Assembly: GCA_035221665.1 (NCBI GenBank) | Contig: CM069155.1 | Location: forward strand, 29,450,001-29,514,000 | Length of the DNA stretch: 64,000 bases | Source: Okamejei kenojei | Lineage: Eukaryota | Direction of reading: 5' to 3' | Shown: one piece after another, positions 23,801 through 36,120 of the stretch | Numbering within the stretch: the first letter of the stretch is position 1 | Layout of the letters: every line of letters begins with the position of its first letter | Program-made: the position numbers and the translations under genes | Notes under the pieces: model-generated | Told to the model about the DNA's origin: nothing | Database searches by the model: none | The model's input: only the letters and a program-made list of their open reading frames with translations

Positions 23801-25401
23801 AAGTCAGCATGGATTTAAGAAAGGTAAATCATGTCTGACGAATCTTATAGAATTTTTCGAGGATGTAACTAGTAGAGTGGATAAGGGAGAACCAGTGGAT
23901 GTGTTATATCTAGATTTTCAGAAGGCTTTCGACAAGGTCCCACATAAGAGATTAGTATACAAACTTAAAGCACACGGTATTGTGGGTTCAGTATTGATGT
24001 GGATAGAGAACTGGCTGGCAGACAGGAAGCAAATGGTAAGAGTAAACGGGTTCTTTTCAGAATGGCAGGCAGTGACTAGTGGGGTACCGCAAGGCTCAGT
24101 GCTGGGACCCCAGCTATTTATAATATATATTAATGATTTGGACGAGGGAATTGAATGCAACATCTCCTAGTTTGCGGATGACACTAAGCTGGGGGGTAGT
24201 GTCAGGTGTGAGGAGGATGCTAGGAGGCTGCAAGATGACTTGGATAGGCTGGGTGAGTGGGCAAATGCATGGCAGATGCAGTATAATGTGGATAAATGTG
24301 ATGTCATCCACTTTGGTGGCAAAAACAGGAGGGTAGACTATTATCTGAATGGTGGCAAATTAGGAAAAGGGGAGATGGAACAAGACCTGGGTGTCATGGT
24401 ACACTAATCATTGAAAGTAGGCATGCAAGTGCAGCAGGCAGTGAAGAAAGCTAATGGTATGTTAGCATTCATAGCGAAAGGATTTGGGTATAGGAGCAGG
24501 GAGGTTCTACTGCAGTTGTACAGTGTTTTGCTGAGACCACACCTGGAGTATTGTGTACAATTTTGGTCTCCAAATCTGAGGAAAGACATTCCTGCCATAG
24601 AGGGGGTACAGAGAAGGTTCACCAGACTGATTGCTGGGATGCCAGGACTTTCATATGAGGAAAGACTGGATAGACTTGGCTTGTACTCGCTAGAATTTAG
24701 AAGACTGAGGGGGGGATCTTATAGAAACTTACAAATGTCTTAAGCGGTTGGATAGGCTAGATGCTAAATGTTCCCGATGTTGGGGAGGTCCAGAACAATG
24801 GGTCACAGTCTAAGGATGAGGGGGAATTACTTTAGGACCGAGATGAGAAAACATTCCCCCTTTAAGGACAAGCGGGAAGTCTTTTAGGACCGAGATGAGA
24901 AGATCTTTTTTCACACTGAGAGTGGCGTGTCTGTGGAATTCTCTGCCACAGAGGGTAGTTGAGGCCAGTTCATTGGCTATATTTAAGAGGGAGTTAGATG
25001 TGGCCCTTGTGGCTAAAGGGATCAAGGGGTATGGAGAGAAGGCAGGTACAGGATACTGAGTTGGATGATCAGCCATGATCATATTGAATGTCGGTGCAGG
25101 CTCGAAGGGCCGAATGGCCTACTCCTGCACCTATTTACTACTATTCCATGATTTCTCACACACAGAGTGGTGAGTCTCTGGAATTCTATGCCACAGAAGG
25201 TAGTTGAGGCCAGTTCGTTGGCTATATTTAAGAAGGAGTTAGATATGACCCTTGTGGCTAAAGGGATCAGGGGGTATGGAGAGAAGGCAGGTACAGGATA
25301 CTGAGTTGGATGATCAACCATGATCATATTGAATGGCGGTGCAGGCTCGAGGGGCCGAATGGCCTACTCCTGCACCTATTTCCATGATTCTATGTTTATA
25401 T
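20840..25401 (+). mobile_element. Full-length CR1 LINE of the same family, with a duplicated 3' end
   Basis: ORFs 21068..24743 parallel those of the 16225-20611 copy, and the 5' UTR shares gggagga.ccaaaatc...taacgttcca. The terminal ~240 nt occur twice (24911-25152 and 25155-25401). Confidence 0.88.
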
Positions 25402-26784
25402 GTCTGCGATTCATGTACATCACCAGTTGTCTTCTCTGGAAATGCTCTGCCAGGCTTGTGTTGCAGCCATCTTTAGCTTGTTTTATTTTTGGGGTTAATC
25501 CCCTTCTGTTTTCTCTTCAGCAAATAAAAGGCATGCTCAATTGGATTCCGATCGGGTGATTGACTTGGCCACTGGAGATTTGACCATTTTTTAGCTTTGA
25601 AAACTCATTTGTTGCTTTGGCAGTATGTTTGGGATCATTGTCTTGCTGCAGAATGAACGGCCAGCCAAAGGGTTTTGAGGCAGTTGTTTGAATTTGAGCT
25701 GATAGAAGATGTCTATACACTTCAGAATTCATTATGTTATTACCGTCAGCAGTTATATCATCAATGAAGATAAGTGAGCCAGTACCTTCAGCAGCCATAC
25801 ATGCCCATGCCATAACACCCCCACCACCGTGTTTCACATGTGAGGTGGTATGCTTTGGATCTTGGCGGGCTTATGCCTAGGCTTATGTTCTTGGCGGGCT
25901 TATGCTTATGCTTAGTTCCTTCTCTACTCCAATACTTTGCTCTTGCCATCACACTGATATACATTAAACTTCGTCTCATCTGTTCTCAATACATTTTTCC
26001 AGAACTGTTGTTGCCCTAAAAGTACTTCTTGGCAAACTGTAACCTGGCCATCCTATTTATGCGGCTAACCGGTGGTTTGCATCTTGCAGTGTAGTCTCTG
26101 CATTTTTGTTCATGGCGTTTTCTGTGGACAGTGGTCATTGACAAATCCACACCTGACGCCTGAAGAGTGTTTCTGATCTGTCGGACAGGAGTTTTTTTTC
26201 TTTATTATAGAGAGAATTCTTCTGACATCAGCTGTGGAGGTCATCCTTGACTTGCCGGTCCCTTTGCGATTCGTAAACTCACCAGTGTTCTCTTTCTTAA
26301 TGATGTTCCACACAGTTGATTTTGGTAAGCCTAAGGTTTGGCTGATGCCTCTAACAGTATTGTTCTTCTTTCTCAGTCTCATAATGGCTTATTTGACTTT
26401 AATTGGCACAACTTTCGTCCTCATGTTGATAAACAGAAATAAAAGTTTCCAAAGATAATGGAAAGGCTAAGTAAAGACTAGGTGCTAAGAGCTCTCTTAT
26501 ACATGCATTAAGGAGGCATTTAATCACACCTGAACAATTACAAACACCTGTGAAGCCGTGTGTCCCAAACATTACAGTGGCTTGAAATGGCGGGGATTAT
26601 GCATAAACACAGCTGTAAGTTCTACATGGTGAAACCAAAATGTATATAAATGACCTTTCTTAAAATCTGACAATGTGTACTTTAACCACGTGTGATTTTT
26701 TTCTATTACAAATCTCATATTATGGAGTACAGAGGCAAATAAATAAATAATGGGTCTTTGTCCCAAACATTATGGAGGGCACTG
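25402..26784 (-). mobile_element. Tc1/mariner DNA transposon (IR/DR type), one TIR missing
   Basis: HTH TVRGISQTLGLPKSTVWNIIKK (26110..26382) and KHGGGGVMAWAC...QQDNDPKHT (25517..25837). The TIR at ~26559-26784 has direct repeats GTCCCAAACATTA at both ends and ends in ...GCACTG. Confidence 0.85.
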
Positions 26785-26804
26785 CATTTGTATGTTTAAT
26801 ATAG

Positions 26805-28570
26805 ACAAATCTGCAGGGCCTGATCAGATACATCCAAGGACACTGTAAAAATCCACAGAGGAAATTGCTGGAACCGTCGCAGAGTCGTCTGGTAACTACA
26901 GGCGAGGTACCGGTAGAATGTAGGGAGGCAAATGTTCCGCCTCTATTCAAGAAGGGCTGCAGGGAAAAGGCTAGAAGCTACATTCCAGCGATCCTAACAT
27001 CTGTGATTGGAAAGTTACTGGTGAGTATTCTGAGGGATAGGAGAGTTCAAGTTCACATTTATTGTCACAAGCACCAATTAAGTCACAGTGATATTTGAGT
27101 TACCATACAGCCATGCGTAAAAAGAGCACAATACACCATAGAGATTGACATAAACATCCATCACAGTGGAATCGCCATTTCTCACTGTGATGGAAGGCGA
27201 TAAAGTTCAGTCAATTTTCCTCCTTTGTTCCCCCATGGTCAGGGCATTGAACCATCCACAGTCGCCGCTACGGACGCCCGCTGTACATGCCCTATCAAAT
27301 GGATGATCGAAACTTCGACGTCAGGACAGATCAGAATACATTCTGCGGCTTGGAGTTCCCAAATTGGCCGCTTCTTACCGGAGACCGCTGCTTCACGACC
27401 ACGGGCCAGCGGTTGGAGCACGTCTTCTGGCGATCCCCGGCAAGGGATCCAGGGCTCCGGGACGGCCGCGCACGCGGATGGAAGCTCCGAAGTCCCCTGC
27501 AGTCAGCAGGCCACCGCGGTCGGAGCTTCAACACTGGCGACCATCGGCAAAGGATCCCAGGCTCTGATATGGTAAGTCCGCGCCACGCCTGCTGTTGAAG
27601 CTCAGGGACGTTCTCCTTTCTGGAAAGGCCGCACCAAACCAGTTGTTAGGCCGCGAGAGGAGCGAAGATGCGACAAGGTTAAAAATCGCTTCTCCGTCGT
27701 GGTAAGTGACTGAAAATGGTTTCCCCCTATCCCCCCCCCCCCCCCCCCCCCCCCCCCAACATAAGGCATATCGAGAAACATTAAATTATACATTGAGACG
27801 CACTAAACATCACAACAAGAAGGGCTGCTGGCAGAAGGGCTGCCGGCGTGGATGCCGCTGATGATGTATACATGCATTTTGATGGTCAATGGCTGATTTG
27901 GGATAGTCAACATGGGAGGTCGTGTCGCTCGAATCTGATTGAGATTTTGAAGATGTGACCAAAAAGGTCCATGAAGGCAAATCTGTAGAATTGTATACAT
28001 GAATTTTAGTAGGGCATTTGACAAGGGTCCGCATGGAAGGCTGCTCTGGAACGTTGGATCCCGTGGGTTACAAGGAGAAGTAGCTGAATTTATAGAAAAT
28101 TGACTTCATGGTAGGAAGCAGAGGGTGATGGTGGAAGATTCGTTTTCCCACTGGAGGCCGCTGACAAGTGGTGCGCCTCAGGTTTCGGCGCTGGGCCCAA
28201 TGTTGTTTGTAATCTCTGACAATGATTTGGATGTGAAGGTACATGGCAAAGACAGGAAGTTTGCAGGTGACACAAAAGAGGGTGGTATTGTAGATTGTAA
28301 AGATGGTTGTCAAAAATTGCAGCAGGATCTTGATCTTGATCGCTTGCCTACTTTGGCCTTCATCAGTCAGAGTATTGAGTATAGAGGTTTGGATGTCATG
28401 TTGCAGTTGCATAAGTGCTGCAGTTCGAGTATAATGTTCAATTGTTGGCACCTTGTTACAAGAACAATTTTGTCAAGCTGGAAAGAGTGCAGATAAGATT
28501 TATGAAGATATTGCTGGGACTCGAGGCCCCGAGCTATGGGGGGGATGTTGAGCAGGCTAGGACTCAATTC
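26805..28570 (+). mobile_element. Degraded CR1 fragment interrupted by an unclassified GC-rich repeat (~27040-27865)
   Basis: REANVPPLFKKG (26865..27098) and SGAPQVSALGP/KFAGDTK (28125..28496). The insert begins AAGTTCAAGTTCACATTTATTGTC, which looks like a minus-strand retroelement tail. Confidence 0.6.
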
Positions 28571-28571
28571 C

Positions 28572-28770
28572 TTAAGGGCATGTCACACTTGGGCGTTATT
28601 TGCGCGCCGTTGACGGGACATCATTTACTCGTAGCCCGCGCATGGCGCGTGCTGAGACGTGGTGGCATAGGCAGTGACGCGCGGTAGCGCGCGGCGCTCC
28701 AGGATTTGGGGATTCTCAGAATCCTCGCGAGCCACTTGCGTGACGCGCATATGACGCCAAGTGGGACCGA
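28572..28770. mobile_element. CpG-rich MITE-like element (TIR GGG..TGTC.CACTTGG / CCAAGTGGGAC), possibly PIF/Harbinger-derived
   Basis: Imperfect terminal inverted repeats after TTAA. The same TIR type occurs at 54528-54546. Confidence 0.45.
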
Positions 28771-29149
28771 GCAGGAGACATTACCCCGGTTCACCCTCCT
28801 ACTGGTCTTTGACCTTCGCTTCCGACGTCTCTTGTTCCCTCCCGGTTACGCCGTCTGCCGAGCCTTCGGGCGGTTTCTCGATGCCCGTCGACCATCGAGC
28901 CTTCGGGCGAGGTCCCGCCGACCGCGAGATTTCGGGCGGACGCCGTCGAGCCTGTGGTTCGGTGCTCGAACCCACCGCAGACCCCGGCGGGCGAGCCGGG
29001 TTTACCGGTCAGGTCATCCGAGGTCGGTCCACGGCCGGCGAGACGGGCCTGCTGGCCGCTGCTTCCCGGGAGAGTTCCGGCCTGCTACAATCAAGACGGC
29101 CACAGTGTTCCGATACAGGATTAAGAATATGTAAATCAGTGCAAGATAA

Positions 29150-29480
29150 AGTGCGCTAGGGTCCGATTAAAAACAATTCAAAGGTCGCAAATCAGGTAGA
29201 CGGAACTCCCGCTGGCAAGGAAGGTGCAATTGCCTGATGGAAGAAAATATCCCGGAATCTGGAGGTATGCATTTTCAAACTTCTGTGCCTCTTCCGTCTT
29301 GGGAGAGAGGAGAAGAGAAAGTGATCGAGGTGAGACTGGCCCTGTGGTATGCTGAGGGGCTGGCAATGCATTGTGAAGTGTAGATGGAGTCCGTGGAAGG
29401 GAGATTGAGGGAGAGGTTGTTATCTTGGAACCAGGTTACGATGTTCTCAATCTCCTCCATGTACTCCGTCTCAATCTCCA
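29150..29480 (-). mobile_element. Rex1/Babar-like LINE fragment
   Basis: ETEYMEEIENIVTWFQDNNLSLN (29275..29517) resembles the RT region after the YADD motif in Rex/Babar elements. Confidence 0.55.
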
Positions 29481-31232
29481 TCTCGGCTGGATAAAACGTC
29501 ATTGTAGGGTTTGACATATTTCTACTCTACCTCTAGTGATTCTCAGGCGAGGAATAGATTTTAATCATTCTGGTTTTAGAATAGGTGCTCTAATTCCGTT
29601 CTTCTCTTGTGCTGTAACTTCCGCCATGGAGATTTAACGTTGCCAGTAACATCCTTGCTGTTCCACTTCCCTTTTTCAATGATTGAATTTCAATTATACT
29701 TACAACGAAGGCCGTCGTAACATTTTATTAAGGGAGGGGGAGGGGGAGGGGGGAGGGGTACAACATGACCTTGAAACATTTATTCTGCCCTCACAATATC
29801 ATTGCACAACTGCTTCAGCAGTTTGGCCTTGGAACTGTACGCCAAGGATATGGACACGAACTCACCATCCCTGCCAACCCTTACTTACACACAGCTACCA
29901 ACAATGTTGAGCAGCTGATCAGAACGTGGATACTTTAAGTGTTGGCCCGTGAACCAATGCTTGCAAACCTTCACTTCTTGTGCCAATAGGTTTGGGCGGT
30001 CTCACGTACAACGCATTTGCAACCTTGTCCGTTGGTTCGCCAGGTTATCTTAATGAGCGACATGTTCAAGAATCTGTCGAATGCTGTTGTTGGTTAGCAG
30101 AAATGTTTTTTCATGCCATGTTCGAGGTATTGACCTTCGAACGTCAGTTTCCATAGTCTGCGCGAGGCTCTGCAAAAGCACCACTGGGGATTTTTAGTCA
30201 ACAAAGCCTGCCTTGCTTGTGAGGACACATGGAAGGTGATCCCCAATTTTCAAAGTGAAGTCTGTTCTTGAAATTTGATATTTGAGGAGAGGTGCAGGGG
30301 TGTGTGGTATTGTTCAGTAGGGGCAGTTATATGAAGCGCGATTGCTCGCTGCCATGTAGCGTCCCCTCATGGAGAGTAGCTACAATGTTCAGAAGAAAAG
30401 CTGCCGACGATGTGGAGCCCTGCCTCTCCAATTACCCTTGCAATTGAATTATATATCGTCTGTGCTTTTACCTCTTACCGTCTTCCTACCCTCTAGGGAT
30501 CGTAACTCCAGTGTTGTGTTCACAGTACACATTTCTTTACATACGAGGAAACAAACATGCATTGCTTTATGGAGCACCTGTACTCAGTCCTGAATTGAAT
30601 CCGGAGCTTCAATTTCGGCCTTCCTGTGTGACTTCCTATGATATTTTTAACAAGTGGATCAGTGGATACAGACACATTCTTGATTAGAACGGGTGTCAAG
30701 GATTTGGGGAGCAAGAAAATTTGACCAGGAGGCTTAGATCAGCCATGATTGAATGCGGAGTAGACTCGATTGTCCGAACGGCCTAATTCTGCTCCTTTAG
30801 CTTGTGGACTTATGAACTTGTTATTGTAACGAGTTACAGCTATCCCGATTCAGTGTCAAATTTCCTATTTTTTTGAAAGTCAGTCGTTTCTTCTGCTTCT
30901 ATCAGAGCTGGTCATTTCTGCCCATCATTATTTGGCTTCCTTCTCTTTATTCCGTATCGCAGAACATGTCCCTTAGCCTCTCCATTAACAAGAAAATACA
31001 TCGACAGTTAAACATACGCTAGTGTGCTTGCAACTGGCCCGTTCACCCAGTGAAACCTATCAGAGGAACTGTGTTCTCGACATCCCCCCCCCCCCCCCCA
31101 ACTTTTTCTGGCACTGAAAACGAAATCGTTTTTTTCTTAATCGCCTTGTGCCAGCCGAATTTGTTCTCTTTCCATGACGCTAGCAGTCCTGTTTTGAGTT
31201 TTCAGTGTTTTTCTCAACTTTTTTTGATTGTA

Positions 31233-34200
31233 ACATAGAAACATAGACACATAGAAAATAGGTGCAGGAGTATGCCATTCGGCCCTTCGAGCCTGCACCG
31301 CCATTCATAATGATCATGACTGATCATCCAACTTAGTATCCCGTACCTGCCTTCTCTCCATACCCCCTAATCCCTTTAGCCACAAGGGCCACATCTAACT
31401 CCCTCTTAAACATAGCCAAAGAAGTGGCCTCAGCTACCTTGTGTGGCGGAGAATTCCACACATTCACCATTCAAGGTGTGAAAAATGATTTTCTCATCTC
31501 GGTCCTAAAAGACTTCCCCGTTATCCTTAAACTGTGACCCCTTGTTCCGGACTTTCCCAACATCGGGAACAATGTTCCTGCATCTAGCCTGTCCAACCCC
31601 TTAAGAATTTTGTACGTTTCTATAAGGTCCACCCTCAATCTTCTAAATGTTAGCGAGTACAAACCGATCTATCCAGTCTTTCTACATATGAAAGTTCTGC
31701 CATCCCAGGAATCAGTCAGGTGAACATTTTCTGTACTCCCTCTATGGCAAGAATGTCTTTCCTCAGATTAGGAGACCAAAACTGTACGCAATACTCCAGG
31801 TGTGGCCTCACCAAGACCCTGTACACTGCAGCAGATCCTCCCTGTTCTTATTATCAAACCCCTTTGCTATGAATGCTAACATACGATTCGCTTTCTTCAC
31901 TGTCTGCTGCACCTGCATGCCTACTTTCAATGACTGGTGTACCATTACACCCAGGTCTCGTTGCATCTCCCTTTTTCCTAATCGGCCACCATTCAGATAA
32001 TAGTATACTTTCCTGTTTTTACCACCAAAGTGGATAACCTCACATTTATCCACATTATACTGCATCTGCAATGCATTTGCCCACTCACCGAACCTATCCA
32101 AGTCACCTTGCAGACTCTTAGCATCCTCCTCACAGCTAACACTGCCCCCCAGCTTCGTGTCATCCGCAAAGTTGGAGCTATTTCATTCAATTCCCTCATC
32201 CAGATCATTAATATTGTAAATAGCTGGGGTCCCAGCACTGAGCCTTGCGGTACCCCACTAGTTACTGCCTGCCCTTCTGATAAGGACCCATTTACTCCTA
32301 CTCTTTGCTTCCTGTCTGCCAGCCAGTTCTCCATCCACATCAATACTGAACCCCCAATACCGTGTTCTTTAAGTTTGCATACTAATCTCTTATGTGGGAC
32401 CTTGTCGAAAGCCTTTTGAAAGTCCAGATTTAGCACATCCGCTGATTCTCCCTTATCCACTCTACTAGTTACATCCTCGAAAAAATCTATAAGAATCGTC
32501 AGACATGATTTGCCTTTCATAAATCCATGCTGACTTTGTGCAATGATTTCACCACTTTCCAAATGTGCTGCTATCCCATCTTTAATAACTGACTAGTATT
32601 TTCCCCACTACCGATGTTTGACTAACTGGTCTGTAATTCCCTGTTTTCTCTCATCCTCCCTTTTTAATAATTGGGGTTGCATTACCTAGCCTCCAATCCT
32701 CAGGAGTTAAATCCAGAATCTAAAGAGTTTTGAAAAAATATCACTAATGCATCCACTATTTCTGGGGTTACTTCCTTAAGTACTCTGGAGTGTAGCCTAT
32801 CTGGCCCTGGGGATTTATCGGCCTTTAATCCATTCAATTTACCTAACACCACTCCTGGCTAACCTGGATTTCACGGAGTTCCTCCATCTCATTTGTCCCC
32901 CGGTCGCCTGCTAATTACGGCAGATTATTTATGTCTTCCTTAGTGAAGACAGAACCAAAGTAGTTATTCGATTGGTCTGCCATGTCCTTGTTCGCCATGA
33001 TCAATTCACCAATTTCTGACTGCAAGGGATCTGCATTTGTTTTAATTAATCTTTTTCGCTTCACATATCTATGAAAACCTTTGCAGTCAGTTTTTATGTT
33101 CCCTGCCAGTTTTCTTTCATAATCTATTTTCCCTTTATGAATTAAGCCCTTTGTCCTCCTCTGCTGGACTCTGAATTTCTCCCAGTCCTCTGGTAGGCTG
33201 CTCTTTCAGGCTAATTTGTATGCTTCATCTTTTGTTTTGATACTATCCCTGACTTCCCTTGTTATCCACAGATGCGCTACCTTCCCTGATTTATTATTTT
33301 GCCAAACTGGGATGAACAATTGTTGTAGTTCATCCGTGCAGTCTTTAAATGCCTTCCATTGCATATCCACCGTCAACCTTTTAAGAATCACTTGCCAGTC
33401 TATCTTGGCCAATTCACGTCTCATACCCTCAAAGTTACCTTTCTTTAAGTTCAGAACCCTTGATTCTCAATTAATAATGTCACTCTCCATCCTAGTGAAG
33501 AACTCAACCATATTATGGTCACTCTTGCTCAAGGGGCCACGCACAACAAGACTGCTAACTAACCCTTCCTCATTACTCATACCCAGTCTAGAATAGCCTG
33601 CTCTCTCATTGGTTCATCTACATGTTGGTTTAGGAAACTATCCCACATACATTCCAAGAAATCCTCTTCCTCAACACCCCTGCCAATTTGATTCACCCAA
33701 TCTATTTGTGAATTGAAGTCACCCAATATAACTATTTTACCTTTGTTACACACATTTCTAATTTCCTGTTTGCTGCCGTCCCCAACTCCACTACTACTGT
33801 TAGGTGGCCTGTACACAACTCCCACTAGCGTTTTCTGCCCCTTTGTGTTTCACAGCTCTACCAATATCGATTCCACATCCTCCAAGCTAATGTCCTTCCT
33901 TTCTATTGTGTTAATCTCCTCTCTCACCAGCAACGCTACCCCACCTCATTTTCCTCTCTGTCTATCCCTCCTGAATATTGAATATCCCTGGATGTTCAGT
34001 TTCCAGTCTTGGTCACCCTGAAGCCATGTCTCCGTGATCCCAACTATATCATATTCATTAATAACTATCTGCACATTCAACTCATCCACCTTATTACGAA
34101 TGCTCCTTGCATTGAGACACAAAGCATTCAGGCTTGTTTTTACAACACTCTTACCCCTTATACAATTAAGTTGAAAAGTGGCCCTTTCTGATTTTTGCCC

Positions 34201-34318
34201 TGGATTTTTCTGCCTGCCACTTTTACTTTTCACGTTGCTACCTATTGCTTCTACCCTCATTTTACACCCCTCTGTCTCTCTGCTCATGCTCCCACCTCCC
34301 TGCCACATTAGTTTAAAT
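31233..34318 (-). mobile_element. 5'-truncated CR1 LINE (ORF2 region only)
   Basis: CATAGAAA-type tail at 31233, with APE and RT ORFs at 31471..34308. Absent from the paralogous site at ~52775-52790. Confidence 0.88.
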
Positions 34319-34371
34319 TCGTTTAAAGTAACTTTAATTAGTGACTAAAGTATATATTACCTATCGTTTAA

Positions 34372-34538
34372 GAAAGACCTGCAGACGCTGGAAAAATCAA
34401 AGGTAGCCAATATGATGGAGAGACTCAGCGGGTGAGGCAGCATCTATGGATCGCAGGAATGGGTGACGTTTCGAGATCAGTCTGAAAAAGGATCTCGACC
34501 CGAAAAGTCACCCATTCCTTCGCTCCATAGCTGCTGCC
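34372..34538. mobile_element. Inverted pair of Penelope-type terminal repeats forming a hairpin
   Basis: 34436-34478 is the near reverse complement of 34501-34538. The paralogue at 52810-52974 has an intact hammerhead core. Confidence 0.65.
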
Positions 34539-34799
34539 TATACATTACCTACCTGTCTGCCTTGCTCTTTCAGATTTGTTTCGCTGTTTCGACACTTTTA
34601 TTCACATACAATGATTTAAGTATTTTATCTACCACATCGCATTTGTTATCAATTTAATAATTTGCAAGATTATGCGTTGATAGCAAAATAAGAATTAATA
34701 TTGTTCACATATCAATTTCTTGTATGCATGGGCGTTTCTGATCTGAAAAGGAGTGTGTTTTGTTTTTAATGTTCCTGTTTTGTCCATGCACTGATGGAA

Positions 34800-36120
34800 T
34801 GAAGCAGTATTTGAAATTAAATAAATCAATGTTCATACCGCTGAGTTGTAAGCTGCGGAAGCGAAATATGAGGTGCTTTTATTCCAATTTGTGCGTGGGC
34901 TCATTTTGAGCGGTCCAGGACAGTAAGCTCAGTCCGGAAATGAGAAGGAGTTAAAATGTTAGGTATTCATGTTATCTGGCCTACATGTCTTCCTACCCTG
35001 CCACTTTCAAATACTCTATCACCTACTACCAATCCCTCTGTCGCCGCTGCTTTTCTCCCAAGATGAGATGTTGCAGACTAGAACATCGGAGATATCCTAA
35101 TTCTTTAGGGAACTAGAGTTCCGCCCTTTTATCATAAATTAGACCATCACACGTGTCGCATCTGGATACAGCAGTTCTGCACTTGTTCCCAACACTCACA
35201 GTCGCGACAGGGACAGTTATTATCCTCGAAAATGCTCATCACCTCCAAAGGGATCCCATCACTAGTCACATCTCCCCCCCCCCCCCCCCCCCCCCTCATA
35301 CTGCCTGTGTTCCGCAGTGACCATTCTGAAACTCTGGTTCATTCATCAGTTTCCACCCAAACCACCGTCTTCCCAGGGAATTTCCCTTGCAACCGCGAAG
35401 ATGCAATCCCGTCCTAATACTTCCCACCTCGACTATATCTAGGGACCCCGACAGTCGTTTCTGGTACGGCAGAGGTTTACTTGCACCTTCTCCACCTCAT
35501 CTATTGTTCGGTGTGGGCTCCTAAATATTGGCGAGGGGAACTATGTACTTGGTGTCCGTTTCGCTGAACACTTACGCTCAGTTCGCCATGGCCTATGGGA
35601 TCTTCTGATTGCCGAAATATTGTACCCCTGTTGAAGAATGGTCTCGACCCGAAACGGCACCCATTCCTTCTCTCCAGAGATGCTGCCTGTCCAACTGATT
35701 TGCCCGGCTTTCTTTTATCTATCTTCCCATACTGACCATTCTGTCCTCGTCGTCGTCAAAGTGAGGCCACTCGCAAATTGAAAGAATAACACCTCATATT
35801 TCGCTTGGGCAACTTTCAACCCAGTGGTTTGACTATTGACTTATCTAATTTCAAGCGACTCTTGCACCCCCCCCCCCCCCCACCCCCTCACCCTTGTATC
35901 CTTCTCGTTATCACCCTTTCCTCAATCAACAATGCTCCATTGTGGGCTCCACCCTTCCTGAAGTTATCTGTTGCCAGCCCTTGTCATTTACAGTTTGCAC
36001 CCCCAACTCTTTCGGTCCGAAGAAGGCTTCCGATCCGAAACGTCACCGTTTCTCCAGAGATGCAGCCCGACTCGCTGAGTTATTCCAGCATTTTTGTGTC
36101 CACTGTCGGTTTATAGTTCT
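34800..36120 (+). mobile_element. Degraded Penelope-like element (GIY-YIG endonuclease region with inverted 5' segment)
   Basis: Paralogous to the 54809..55306 ORF. 34800-34880 is an inverted copy of ~35790-35855. Degenerate hammerhead-like motifs are at ~35631 and ~36016. Confidence 0.7.
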
